A DNA stretch of 53,063 nucleotides, the filler included, from Corallochytrium limacisporum Hawaii (taxonomy: Eukaryota; Protista; Pluriformea), in the NCBI GenBank assembly GCA_002811645.1. It is 2 parts of 2 records of this genome, joined end to end, with 100 filler letters (N's around TTAATTAATTAA, not from the genome) between each part and the next. Parts side by side here need not be neighbours in the genome. Positions count along the whole stretch, not along the records: positions 1 to 26,339 come from PDIP01000179.1; 1 more part is not named here. One strand, 5' to 3'. Below the pieces are notes generated by a model. The model was not told the DNA's origin, searched no databases, and saw only the letters and a list, made by a program, of their open reading frames with translations. How positions within the stretch are numbered: the first letter of the stretch is position 1; each line of letters starts with the position of its first letter. Both the position numbers and the translations under genes were made by a program. Below, piece by piece: positions 1 through 11,737 of this stretch.

Positions 1-1777
1 GGGGGGGGGGGAGGGGAGGAGGGGCAAAGTCCTCTCATTTTTTTTTTCGTCCTCGCTCCTTGCGCTCTGCCGGGAGGAAAAAAAAATAGGGGGCTTTTCT
101 TTGAGACCCGCTTCGCTGTCCCCGCGCGCATTCGGAACTCAGCCAATGCGGGTTATGGAAAAAAGGGGAGAGAGAGAGAGAGAGGAGGGGGGGCCGGCTT
201 AGGAGCGAACGGGGAAACTTGGCTTTTTATTTCCTTGCCGACGAGTAAAATTAGGCCCCCGATAAGCCCAGCGCCAAACCTCTCACTTCACGTTTACTCC
301 GTATATTTATTGAAGTCGTCCCCCCCCCTCCCCCACGGGCGGGAGAAAAAGAGGGGGGGAATAGGCAAAAAAAAGCCAAAGAACGACCAAGACCAGAAGG
401 CCACCACCAAAAGAAAAAAAATAAAAGACGACAAAAAGTATAAAAGAGAAACACGACAGGGGGGGGAGGAATAGTAATCAAGTAGTAATGGGATGGGAGA
501 GGCGAAGGAAAGGAAGAGGGAGGGGTGTTTGTTGGAAGGGAGACAACGAAGGAGAAGGGGGTTGGCGGTGGTGGTGGTCCGTACTGGGGGACCCATGAAA
601 ACATGGGCGGGTTAAAGGAGGGGGAGGGAGGGGGGGGGGGGGTTGATCGCCGCGTTCTTATTTGCCGGGGTCGGTTGGACGGAAGCACTGGCCCTCACCC
701 TCGGCCCGTGGCACTGCCCGGTGGCTGGGAAAATTTTGGGGACAAGGCCGCCCCCTACCCCAGGCTTCCCTCTCCAGTTCCCGTCGGAGGTTAGGAAGAT
801 GGATTTTGCTCCGTAGATTCACTATGGCACACACAAACACCACAGCCCAGTGCAAAGGAAAAGCAAGGGTGGGTGTGTGGAGGGACGAGTGCCAGCCCAA
901 ATCCCCAGAGAGAACCGGGAGAGCACACAGGCCAACACAACCAAAAAGACAAAAAAAAAGCCAGCTGGCCCAAAAGAAAAATAGACTTTAAAAAAAAAAA
1001 AGAGAAAACACCTCTCTCCCTTCCGGGGTTTGAGAAGTTCGAAACTCCCACCTACCTGCGTGTCTCTACGAAGTCCCCCCCCCTCTCCCTTTCCCGCCGA
1101 TATTATCCCATTGCCAGACACCCACCCTTCCAAGCCCACTCCCCACCCTTCGGATTCCTCTGGCCCCCACTACTACTTTCTCCTCCGGGACCAAGTGTTT
1201 TGTCTTTTTCCGTGGCATTTGGTGTTTTGTGGCGTTCCTCCGGCCATGGGTGAGTGTGATGTGCTTTGTGTACGGTGCTGCGCCAGTGGGAGACTGTCGT
1301 CCTCACTTCTCCGGGACCCGGTTTAGGGAATAAGTTGGTGTTGGTAACTGTGGGGAACCCACCAAGCTGAGAATGACACGATGACGCTTCTCCTTTGTAT
1401 GGATGGGTACGTACTCGATCATCACGATGAGAAGCGGCACAGTCAACCGAGCCTGTAGTTTTGGCTTTTTTGGCCTTTCATTCATTCATCGGTTTCGCGG
1501 AGTATTGTCCAATAGGATCCGGACACTGGGATCTTGTGGGGGTGGGTGTGTACCGTGGTGGTGGTCCAGGGGCATCATCGATGTGGGTCCAGAGTGGGGC
1601 TGCCGTGCTACGGACAGATGTCGGTTCCGAGAGTCAATTGAATTTATCATGGACAGGAAAGTTGTTTGCGATCCTGCTACTTCACGGAGGCGTACGAAGG
1701 AAACTGGTTAAGTATTCGTCTATCTGTGTGCAAAGGAAAGTTTACCAACACTGAGCGCAAAACAAATCAAACTCACC

Positions 1778-3211
1778 ATGGAGAAGCATCTGGACGCTCT
1801 CATTAAGTTGGCCAAGGACCAGGGGCGGGAAGATGCCCTCATTATTGAAAAGGAGCTCAATGGCTTCCGCCATCTGTACTCTCGGCACAAGAAGATGACC
1901 ACTGACAAGGTCGACTGGTCCAAGATCCAACCTCCTTCTCAGGGCATGGTCCAGCCTTACAACTCTCTGAAAAAGACGAGGAATCAGTCCATTGAATGGA
2001 TCAGGGACCGTCTCAACAAGCTGGTTGTCCTCAAGTTGAACGGTGGTTTAGGTACCTCAATGGGTTGCGTGGGTCCCAAGTCCATCATTGAAGTTCGCGA
2101 TGGCATGACTTTTCTCGATCTGGTAGTGCGTCAGATCCAGCACTTGAACGAGACTTACGATGTCAGCGTACCCCTGGTGCTTATGAACTCGTTCAATACA
2201 CAAGAGGACACAGAGAAGATTATTCGCAAGTACGCCGCCACCGAGGTCGACGTATGTACATTCATGCAGAGCCGGTACCCGCGCTATCACAAGGACACGC
2301 AATTGCCCGCACCAGGCAACTTTGACGACAAGGACCACTGGTACCCCCCTGGCCACGGTGACACGTACGAAGCCTTCGTTAACAGTGGCCTGGTCGATAG
2401 GCTGCTGGCAGAGGGAAAGACCTGGGTATTCTGTGCTAACATTGACAACCTGGGATCCACTGTTGACATTGATATCCTGTCACACATGATTGAGAACGAG
2501 GACGACTGTGAGTTCTGCATGGAGGTCACTGACAAAACCCTGGCTGACATTAAGGGAGGTACCCTGATCAACTACGAAGGAACAGCGAAGCTCCTGGAGG
2601 TCGCCCAGGTCCCTAAGGACAAGCTCGAGGAATTCAAGTCCGTGAAGAAGTTCAAAATCTTCAACACCAACAACATCTGGGTAAAGCTGGATGCCTTCAA
2701 GGCTGCTGTAGAGTCGAAGAGCATCGATATGGACATTATTGTGAATGGAAAGAAACTGAAAACCGGCGAGCCCGTGATCCAGCTCGAGCAGGCCATCGGT
2801 GCTGCCATTAGTGCCTTCAAGGGTGCCATCGGTATCAACGTGCCCCGCAGCCGTTTCCTGCCGGTCAAGAACACCAGTGATCTGCTGTTGATCAAGTCCA
2901 ATTTGTTCTCCATTCGCAGTGGTGGCCTGATCATGAATCCTGCGCGCGCCTTCCCGGTCGCACCAAGTGTAAAGTTGGGCGGTGACCACTTTGGTAAGGT
3001 CAAAAACTTTACGGCACGCTTTAAGGACATGCCGGACATTATTGAGTTGAATGCACTCACAGTAAATGGTGACGTAACCTTCGGTAAGGGAGTCAGTTTG
3101 AAGGGTACTGTGATCATTGTGGCCAATCCGGGTGAGTGCATCGATATTCCTTCTGGTGCTGTGCTCGAGAACAAGATTGTCGGAGGCAATATCCGCATTC
3201 TGGATCATTGA
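1778..3211 (+). CDS. UGP2: UTP--glucose-1-phosphate uridylyltransferase (UDP-glucose pyrophosphorylase)
   Basis: 477 aa ORF with KLNGGLGTSMGCVGPKS nucleotide-binding loop, WYPPGHGD, NIDNLG, DIKGGTLI, FNTNNIW and RFLPVK motifs, and a C-terminal beta-helix; ACC-ATG-G start context. Confidence 0.97.
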   Translation: MEKHLDALIKLAKDQGREDALIIEKELNGFRHLYSRHKKMTTDKVDWSKIQPPSQGMVQPYNSLKKTRNQSIEWIRDRLNKLVVLKLNGGLGTSMGCVGPKSIIEVRDGMTFLDLVVRQIQHLNETYDVSVPLVLMNSFNTQEDTEKIIRKYAATEVDVCTFMQSRYPRYHKDTQLPAPGNFDDKDHWYPPGHGDTYEAFVNSGLVDRLLAEGKTWVFCANIDNLGSTVDIDILSHMIENEDDCEFCMEVTDKTLADIKGGTLINYEGTAKLLEVAQVPKDKLEEFKSVKKFKIFNTNNIWVKLDAFKAAVESKSIDMDIIVNGKKLKTGEPVIQLEQAIGAAISAFKGAIGINVPRSRFLPVKNTSDLLLIKSNLFSIRSGGLIMNPARAFPVAPSVKLGGDHFGKVKNFTARFKDMPDIIELNALTVNGDVTFGKGVSLKGTVIIVANPGECIDIPSGAVLENKIVGGNIRILDH

Positions 3212-3351
3212 AAAAAGGAAAGAGCCGGAAAACCACAATATAGAAAGCGCGGGGTACTAGCTCCCTGAATAAAGAGAACTCATATTACACATTCTTGTCT
3301 CATTGGCGATAGTAGCAGAAGTTGCAATCGAAATCTATTGGTCCACGAATC

Positions 3352-4683
3352 TTATGTCCTATATATGACCCGTCCAGCCTTGGAAATATACTTGATGCCC
3401 TTGAATGCTTTGTATCGTTCCTGGAAAATGTCCAGTTTGTTGCAGTTCAGACCGCTGACCAAGGTCTGACTAACCGCAAAGTCAGCAATGACGCAGGGGC
3501 TGAACGGCAGACGATGGTGTCGTGCTGGAGCTGTGCCCACAGGGGCATCAGACTTCACGTCGCTGTCACTCGCAACGTCCAGATTGATGTTGAAGGACCC
3601 ACTCAGGCTCAGGTTCCGACCTGCAACCACGTTCCCAATGTCCCAAGTGAGGGTCCGAGTAATCTGGTCGAAGCGGCACGTACCCGTGCCGGTGTTCAAG
3701 CTCATACTTGTTACCGAGTCAGGCATCTGGACACTCAACTTCACTTTTTCCAATGGCTTACCCTCCGGTGACCTGGACTGCACCTGCAGATCCACACGGC
3801 CCGTGGTTCCTTCTGGACCGACGGCAAACATTGGATTCACGATCAGTGGCAGCTGCGGTATGCTGTCGCCGGACATGTAGTACGATGCGAGCTCAAATCC
3901 ACCATCTGGGGGCAAGAAGGATAGTACTCTACTATCTTCCCATTTCTTTATACGAACGCACGGGTGCAAACTCACATCGGACAACATCTGACCATTAGTG
4001 AAGCTCAACGAAAGGTCTGGCATCCCGCTAAGCTTGCAATTAACATTGATGGTGCCAGTGATACTGCAAGCACTCAACTGTCCATTCGGAGCAACGATGG
4101 CATCCAATTCCTCGATAACATCAATGAACACCTCATTCCGAGTGTACTTGAGTCCCTGCCGGCGCCACGGGGTCGCACTCATGTAGCCGGAAGGCAGCTG
4201 CTGAGCGAACCGGGTGTGCCTTCCGCCCGTCACAGACTTGAGCTGTGAGCTGAGGTCCCGCGGTGGCGGTTGAATAAGGCCTCGAATCATGTCCTGCTGC
4301 ATGAGCAGAGGGTATCCCATGTTGACCATCTCATTCAGAATCAAACTGCACTGCACTAGGTGCTCCCGGAATACTATTTCTGTGGCGCGTCCAAAGTAGC
4401 TCGATACTACGCGAGTGTAATCATGCAGCATGCGAATCACTCCAACAGGTGAGCATTCCCGTGACACAAGCGCAATATGAAAAACATTGTGATAAAAAAT
4501 GCTCACCGCCACATACTGACCCGCAGACAATACTGGTGGCACATCCTTGGGTTGTTTCGCCTGACTCAAGTGTTCGTGGAAGCCGTCCAGAGCCCCCCGC
4601 GGAATAACATCGCCGAAATGACGCTCCAGAAGCACTTCTCCAGTCTCATTCATTGAGAATAGTGAATTTACAGCCACTGCCAT
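3352..4683 (-). CDS. AP3M1: AP-3 complex subunit mu
   Basis: 443 aa; N-terminal longin-like region, PWRRQGLKYTRNEVFIDVIEE, CKLSGMPDL, HPCVR, LSFLPPDGGFELASY; C-terminal YKAFKGIKYISKAG typical of mu3. Confidence 0.93.
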   Translation of the reverse strand: MAVAVNSLFSMNETGEVLLERHFGDVIPRGALDGFHEHLSQAKQPKDVPPVLSAGQYVAVSIFYHNVFHIALVSRECSPVGVIRMLHDYTRVVSSYFGRATEIVFREHLVQCSLILNEMVNMGYPLLMQQDMIRGLIQPPPRDLSSQLKSVTGGRHTRFAQQLPSGYMSATPWRRQGLKYTRNEVFIDVIEELDAIVAPNGQLSACSITGTINVNCKLSGMPDLSLSFTNGQMLSDVSLHPCVRIKKWEDSRVLSFLPPDGGFELASYYMSGDSIPQLPLIVNPMFAVGPEGTTGRVDLQVQSRSPEGKPLEKVKLSVQMPDSVTSMSLNTGTGTCRFDQITRTLTWDIGNVVAGRNLSLSGSFNINLDVASDSDVKSDAPVGTAPARHHRLPFSPCVIADFAVSQTLVSGLNCNKLDIFQERYKAFKGIKYISKAGRVIYRT

Positions 4684-5455
4684 GATGTTGATTTGTGTAT
4701 GTCAAGGTGTCAGTGCCTATGATTCCAGACGCGCTTCTTTAGTTACTTTCATTATCTGCGTGCGAATCTCCCACTGTGCAACATTTCGGTTTTAACAACA
4801 CTGTCCAAGAGATGCATGAAAAAAGAGAACAGGGACCTAGTGTGCAGATCATCAAATACCCACTTCCTGCGTCAACACAACCAGTTCGTTACTGTATAAT
4901 AATGTAATGAAAGCAAAAGTGCAACAAGGATCTCTGCATCTGGACCTCACTCTGTGTTCGGACCAACCCCCCCCCCTTTGGCATCGGAGCCGCCAATTCA
5001 GCCCAGGGGAGCCGAGGGGAAGGGGCTTAGCGAAAAGGAACAGCAAGGCGGTGGGGGAGGGGGGGGTCCCAGGGCCCAACTCCGAGGGTGCGACCTGGGG
5101 AAAATGCCGAGGGGGGCGGCCGGCCAGGGCCAGGAAGCTTGGGGAACAGGGCAGGTCCGATCACTTGGGTGCAAACGGGGATATCAACCCCACGTGAAGA
5201 TGTGAATGCATGTGAACACAGCGGGATGCCATGTTAGAGCATGTCCGGTACTGAGGGAACCATAATGGATGTTGCAAACTCGGTTTTGTATAAATATTGT
5301 TTATTGATACATTGAAGAACAATGAGTAATCATGATGCCTTGTATACGATGGCTGAGCACCGTTCTATGCCTTCTGTAGAATTCGTATGCGACGATGAGG
5401 GAGACAACATCCAGTGTTCACCCTGGCAGTCACGGTATGAGCCTAAGTGATCAAT

Positions 5456-7057
5456 TTAGCGAGAGGCGACAATGTCGTCAATCTTCATTATTGAACGGAC
5501 GGTTTCGGCAGCGAGGGTGATTGCGGACGAGGTGACCAGCATTGGTTGCAGAACGTTCTCCTCCAGAATATCGCTGATCTGACCCTTGCGCACATTAATG
5601 CCCGCAGTCCTTTCGCCCTTAGTGTGACGATTGCGCAGTTCAGTGACAGTAGAAATGGGGTTGAGACCAGCGTTCTCGGCCAAGGTGTAAGGAATAACCT
5701 CCAGAGCCTCGGCAAAGGCACGGATGCAGTACTGGTCCATACCCTGGATTGTGTCGGCCAGCTTAAGCAGGCGCTGGGAGATCTCGATTTCCGGAGCACC
5801 ACCGCCAGCAATCAGGTACGGCTGCTTAACCAGGCAGCGGATGACACACAGAGCGTCATGGATGGAGCGGTGGCTTTCTTCGAGGAGAAGTTTGTTGGAT
5901 CCGCGGCACAGAATTGTGATGGTGCGGCCCGGGTTCTTGGGTCCGGTGATCTTTACCAATCGGGCGTCTCCCTCCATGACTTCCTCAACGGACTCAGCGA
6001 AGCCGAGCTTGTCGGCGGTCAGATGGTCCGGTGAGGCCACAGGCTTGCATCCTAGAGTCTTGGAAATGAATTCAATTTGATCCCGCTCAACATCCTTGAT
6101 GGCAACAATCTTCAGCTTGTTCAGGAAATGGATGGACAAATCAGTGGTGGCGTCACGAAGGATAGACTTCTGGATCAGCACAACATTCGCACCGCTTTCC
6201 TTGATCTTCTTGCACAACTTCAAAATGTAGTTGCGTTCCTCACGCAGGACCCGGTCCATCTGAGTGTAGTCGCTCACTACAATCTGGTTCTCCATATCGG
6301 TCTTGGGTGCAGAAAGACAGAACTGGATGAGGGCAATCTTGGCATTCTTAGCGCTGGTGGTGTTCGTGCAGCACTTCTGCGTGAAGCAGACACCATCGAT
6401 CAGCTCCGTGTCGTCGACGGTACCACCGACCTTCTTCACGACCTTGATGTTGCGCAAGTCGGCAATGTGGTTGCTCTCGTCCATAACCCGAAGCACGGCA
6501 TCCACAGCAATGGGACCCAGGGTGCTAGCATACTGAGATACGACCTTGGAGTTCAGGGAGGTCAGAGCACTCTTGATCAGAGTCTCCTTGTCTTGCAAAC
6601 TGACGGGAACACTCATTTCCTTCAGGATCTTGCAGGCCTCCTCGGCAGCGAAGGCGAAAGAGTCGGAAATGGTGGTGGGATGGATCCCCTTCTGCAGCAG
6701 ACGTTGGCAGGCGTTGAGCAGACTACCCGCCAGAACGACAACACTGGTGGTACCGTCGCCTGCCTCGATGTCCTGGGCGGCACTGAGCTCGACCAGCATT
6801 CGAGCGGCGGGATGGAGCACCTGCATTTGCTTCATGATGGTGGCTCCGTCGTTGGTAATGGTGACCTCTCCCCTACCATCCTGAATCATCTTGTCCATAC
6901 CCTTGGGGCCCAGGGAAGTGCGAACAGCGTCGGCAACAGCCTTAGCTGCAGTGATGTTGGAGCTGCGAACCTCAGCGGGCTTGGCACGGTCTGTGAATCC
7001 GGCACGGCTCTTGGACTGTCCTCCTCCAGCCGGTGCGGCTGCTGCTGCAGGTGCCAT
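5456..7057 (-). CDS. CCT4: T-complex protein 1 subunit delta (CCT4)
   Basis: 533 aa; [26 protein letters not shown], delta-type [27 protein letters not shown]. Confidence 0.97.
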   Translation of the reverse strand: MAPAAAAAPAGGGQSKSRAGFTDRAKPAEVRSSNITAAKAVADAVRTSLGPKGMDKMIQDGRGEVTITNDGATIMKQMQVLHPAARMLVELSAAQDIEAGDGTTSVVVLAGSLLNACQRLLQKGIHPTTISDSFAFAAEEACKILKEMSVPVSLQDKETLIKSALTSLNSKVVSQYASTLGPIAVDAVLRVMDESNHIADLRNIKVVKKVGGTVDDTELIDGVCFTQKCCTNTTSAKNAKIALIQFCLSAPKTDMENQIVVSDYTQMDRVLREERNYILKLCKKIKESGANVVLIQKSILRDATTDLSIHFLNKLKIVAIKDVERDQIEFISKTLGCKPVASPDHLTADKLGFAESVEEVMEGDARLVKITGPKNPGRTITILCRGSNKLLLEESHRSIHDALCVIRCLVKQPYLIAGGGAPEIEISQRLLKLADTIQGMDQYCIRAFAEALEVIPYTLAENAGLNPISTVTELRNRHTKGERTAGINVRKGQISDILEENVLQPMLVTSSAITLAAETVRSIMKIDDIVASR

Positions 7058-8662
7058 ATTTATCTTGGTGTGGCTTATCTACGCGTGTTCCCTAAGCACT
7101 CCAATACACGAATAGGAGACAACCCGCGAACTACCGTTGGTTGCTCTGTACTTTGATTGGGAGATTTCTAAATGTAAAGAATTCTATCGCGGTTTCTGCA
7201 CCTGTTCTTCTACCTAGCCACAGCAGCCAGTTGACCACTATTTGAACCATCCACACAAAGCCACACAGAAAAGCACACCTCGTCAGCGCGGAACTTTGGT
7301 CCTTGAAGGCGAAGTTCCCAACAGCATCCTTCTCCGTTGCCACAACGAGTCCGGACAACGCCTCTCACCGGCGCTGACAGCAAACAGCCAGCCACTCACA
7401 CTCTTTCGCAGACACACACACACACACTTTCCGCCTCCACAGAAAGCCACTGGCCCCTCCTCTTGGGCTTCCCGGGGCGGCCATACTCACACTACGTGAA
7501 AAAGGGAAGGGAAGCTGCCCAGTTTCTTGACCGGTGGTTGGAGTGGCCCTTGGGAGGCCCCCCCCTTGCGGCTCAAACGTTTGCGCGCGCGCGTGTGTGT
7601 GTGTGTGTGAGGGAATGCGTGGTGGCCAAGTCTTCGCGTTCAGCACAGGAAGGAGGGCCCGGGGGGGGGAGGAGGGGCGCGCGACCGAACGCGAAACCAA
7701 ACGCAGTCGTGGGGCCCTCGAAGACAACAAAAAGAAACGCGGAAAAACAGAAAGAAAACAGGAAAACCAAGGCAAAAAACTGGGAACGCAGAGTAAGGAT
7801 AAAGGAAGGGACGAATGGAGCGCGCCTGAGGGAGGCCCCGGGGCAAAATGGCCCTCGGGGCCTCCCTCGGGCGAGAACCGGTCCTTCGGTGTCGCGCCGC
7901 GTTGGAGACCACACACCATAACACCGAGCGCCCCTCGAAGAGTAAGGTCCACTTTGGTACTCAATGTACAGACGAGTTGACGGACAGCGGCCCATCTAGC
8001 AAAAAGTGGCTGTTTTCTCTTGTGCCGTTACGCAAGCAGGTCCCAGGTCCTTCAGCGACTCCCCCCCCCAACCCCAGCAAGCAGTGAGGAGAATTTCGCA
8101 CTTTCCTTCCCGAAGGAACACACACATCTCACACTCCCGCCGGCCGGAACAAAATCGCCTGCGAACGGTCCCCCGCCGCCTCCCCTTGGGTGCACGCACG
8201 GGCGCCCAAGGGGTATGTGGGGAGGGGCGCGCCGGGGCAAAAGTCAATACCAAGGCGGCGCAGAACCCCGGCCCCAGTGTGCCATATTATGGCAACTGTC
8301 GCTTTGTTTCTTCTTGGTCTATCTGTGCCTTTGGTTTCCCAATTTCTGCTATTTTCTTTTCTTTTTTTGATCCTTCACAACGGGGGGGCTGCTGGCCGGT
8401 GGCGGGGCCCAAAAAAAAACCCATGAATAAATGAACCCCTAACTAACACTAAAGGGACAAGGTCCGCCGGCTTGGAGAAAAAGGAACTGACGGTGCCCAA
8501 AAGCGGGGGGTTGAATTTTTTTTTTGTGTTTGGCCAATTTCATTTTTGGTTCTTTGCCCTTAGGAACTGCGCGCTTTCACAATTCCCTCTCCCTCGTTCT
8601 GCCTCTATCTGTTTTCCCCTTTTTTCTTTTCCACTTTTCCTTTGTTGCCTGTCGGCTACCCG

Positions 8663-8685
8663 CCTCCCCCCCCCCGGGGGGGAGG
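8663..8685. repeat. CnGn palindrome (cct-C10-G7-agg)
   Basis: Read directly. Confidence 0.9.
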
Positions 8686-8834
8686 ACCGTGCCGGTGCTG
8701 TGATTGGTCGGTTGACCGAACGCCGGGCACAGGAGTGGGCCATTGATTACCGAAGGTGTCCGTCCTCCACCTCTCCTTATGGCCTCTCTTCGGAGACAGA
8801 TCCCCAATAAGAAAAAGTTGGATTGCTGCAAAGT

Positions 8835-8853
8835 CCCCCCCCGGGGGGGGGGG
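8835..8853. repeat. CnGn palindrome (C8G11)
   Basis: Read directly. Confidence 0.9.
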
Positions 8854-11063
8854 CCTGGGTGGCACCAGTCCAACAGGAGCCGACCCTACGACCCCGCAAA
8901 CCCTGTCCTTTTCCCGCTTGGGATCCGAGGACCCGTTCGTTTCCCCCAGATTTCCTCCCGCAGCACAAGAAACAAAGTAAAGACGTACGGGTGGTATTGA
9001 TCTCTTTGTCATTTATCATCATTTCCGTTTGGGTTGTAAAGGAAGGGGCTTGGACTTGGGTGATGTGATATCCCATTTCCCATGAGGGAAAAATCCCTCC
9101 CCACCACACACACTCTCTCTCCTTCTCTGTGCGACCATGCACGACGGCAACTGTGTGCCCGCCGCCGCACAATAGCGAGCCAAAGAAAACCTAGAAGAAC
9201 CCAAAAGAAAGAATGAATGAAAGTAAAAAAAAAAGGAAAAACAACAGGTGCCATCAGCAGGCATGATGAGCATGGTTTGAGTGAGAACGTAAGACGATTA
9301 TACATAGGAAAAGCGAAGGGGAAGTATTTTTTTCTTCACCGGGCACTACTGGAGAGAGAGAGGGAGAGAGAGGAAAGTGGAGGGGACCGGACCGGAGGGG
9401 ACAGAGAGGTGTACGGTGCCATACCAATCCTGCCCTGCCTACTGCGCTGGCTGGCTGACTGGCGAATTGACGGGAAGTACTGGTAGTACCGTATCATACA
9501 GCCCTGGCATTGGGTGACCGACGAAGATGGTCTGACAGTTTTGGGTGTGGGGAAAGATGGAAAGTAACAATAACACCAACTACTGACTCAGCCGGTTGCA
9601 TATCAGCCATATATTTAATATTTGGAAGGCGCCCGCGGGGGGGGGGGAGGCGCAAGCCAAAGGCAGGCCATAAGAGAATTAAAAAGGGAAAACACGGACC
9701 AAAACCCTGCACCCCCCCCCCTCCGGGCCCGGGCAGCACTGTGTTTCTCCCGTGCTGTACCACTACCGCCTGGAGGGAGAGAGACTTCGTGTGTTTATTT
9801 CGTTTGATTGGGCACAAGAGTGTCAGGACGGCGTTTGTGTGTCTTGTGCGATGGTTTGTCTTCAACCCCCCCCCCGGCGGGGTTCTGCAGTGCTGCAATT
9901 AAGACAAAAAATAAAGAAGAAACAAGAGCCGGGACGAGAGTCCCTACTTGCTGCTGACTGGTGGTGGTGGTAGAGTCGATGGTGTGCGTTTATCAAATCA
10001 AAGAAAAAAATCCTTGGGCGATGCCCGAACGGGAGAGGGGTAGGGGGGGAGGGGAATTTTTAGTGGCGCTGATATCATACAGACCCACCGGGCACCTGAG
10101 CTACTGATCTACGCCCCGGGGAAATCAGTGCCAAGTTGCAAAAAGAGACGGCGAGGCACGTACCCGTACGTTAGAGTTGGCAGGCAGACAGATACCAAGA
10201 GAGAGAGAGTGCGCGTGTATGTGTGTGAGTCAGTGAGAGAGATTGCGCGCACCGAGCAACCACCACCACTCTTTGGTCCATCTCCCGCATTTTTTATTAA
10301 AACAATAAAGAAACCAGAAATTAGTCAACCCCCCCCCCTCCCTCGGCCCCGGCGGGGGAAAAAGGGTGGGGGCAACCCCCCGGTTGCGTTCTCTAGTGCT
10401 CTTGGCAGAAAATTTAGTTCATCAGTTCACTATGCGCCGTCAGTCCGACGTCGCAGTGAGAGTAGCGGAGGCACTGTGCTTCGGAGCACGGGGTGCTTGG
10501 TTGGTGGGTAAGGGGTGATGGGGTGAAAGACGAAGACAGGAAGGAACCCAAATGGTTAGCGGGAAATTTCCTGAGCGTGTGTATATAAAATTCTCCTCTG
10601 CGGCCCCTGCTATTTTTTTCTTTTATCCAATTCGGTCGTTTCGCGAAGTATCGGCGGGAGGAGGAAGAGGGGTTGGGCCTTCTACGGATGCGATAGCACG
10701 GAGGTCGGGAAAGGTTGGCGCCGGAAAGGGAGGGGGGGAGGGAGAGGAGGAGCAGCGTGTGCACTCGGCTTGAGACCTGAGAGCAGCAAAAAAAAAAGGG
10801 GCAAAAAGGAAGAAAAAAAAAGGGAAAACAAAAAAGTGAATGAAACCCGGAACACTGCCGACACGCACCCACACACGCACACACACCCTCCGCACCCCTT
10901 ACAATGTGATGATAATCCGATTTTTGTAGGAGTGTGTTCGCTTCCTTTTCTTTTTTTTTTACTTTCCCTTTTTTTTTGGTTGGGGTTCCTGAGAGACAAC
11001 TTCTAGTCCGGAAAACTTCGAGGCGGGGAAACGGGAGAGTGGTGGTTGTGCGGAGGAAGGGTG

Positions 11064-11081
11064 CCCCCCGGGGGGGGGGGG
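11064..11081. repeat. CnGn palindrome (C6G12)
   Basis: Read directly. Confidence 0.9.
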
Positions 11082-11206
11082 CGGCGGGCACCAAAGTCTT
11101 TTCTTGTGCGAAGTTTGCGCCCCCTCCCTTCCCAAGTCGCTCTCTCTCTCTCTCTCTCTAGCTCCGGGAATGGAGCGGGCAGGGGGCCGTCCGGAGGGGG
11201 CGGGAG

Positions 11207-11443
11207 NNNNNNNNNNNNNNNNNNNNNNNNNNNNNNNNNNNNNNNNNNNNNNNNNNNNNNNNNNNNNNNNNNNNNNNNNNNNNNNNNNNNNNNNNNNNNN
11301 NNNNNNNNNNNNNNNNNNNNNNNNNNNNNNNNNNNNNNNNNNNNNNNNNNNNNNNNNNNNNNNNNNNNNNNNNNNNNNNNNNNNNNNNNNNNNNNNNNNN
11401 NNNNNNNNNNNNNNNNNNNNNNNNNNNNNNNNNNNNNNNNNNN
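11207..11443. other. Assembly gap
   Basis: Run of N. Confidence 0.99.
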
Positions 11444-11737
11444 GAGGAGGGGGAGGGAGGTGGGACCCTATTGAGCTGAGGAGCGTGACCCCACAACACG
11501 GCCACAGGATGCATGTACGCCACAAAACAGAATCACATATCACTCGAGAAAAAATTGGTTGAGTTGTAGATTCTCTTTGTTGGACGACTAAACGGTCTCA
11601 TGATGCAGAGAATGGGGGTATTTGATGGGTAACATCGGATCGAGCGGACGGCCGCTCAACAGCACAAGAGTAACAACAAACGAACGGAAATTGGGGGATT
11701 GGTATAGCCTTGTCACAAGCGTACAATTCTTCCAACC

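Noticed and set aside
6077-7156. Long antisense ORFs (359 aa opposite CCT4; similar ones opposite UGP, dynamin and formin)
   Set aside because: Shadow frames expected from C/G-biased codon usage of the sense gene; no recognisable protein features
7100-11700. Many 60-230 aa ORFs in intergenic islands (also 25300-29000, 32500-39300, 46700-48700)
   Set aside because: Products of homopolymers and microsatellites (poly-G/P/K/F, ER, HT, CV repeats), often with non-ATG starts
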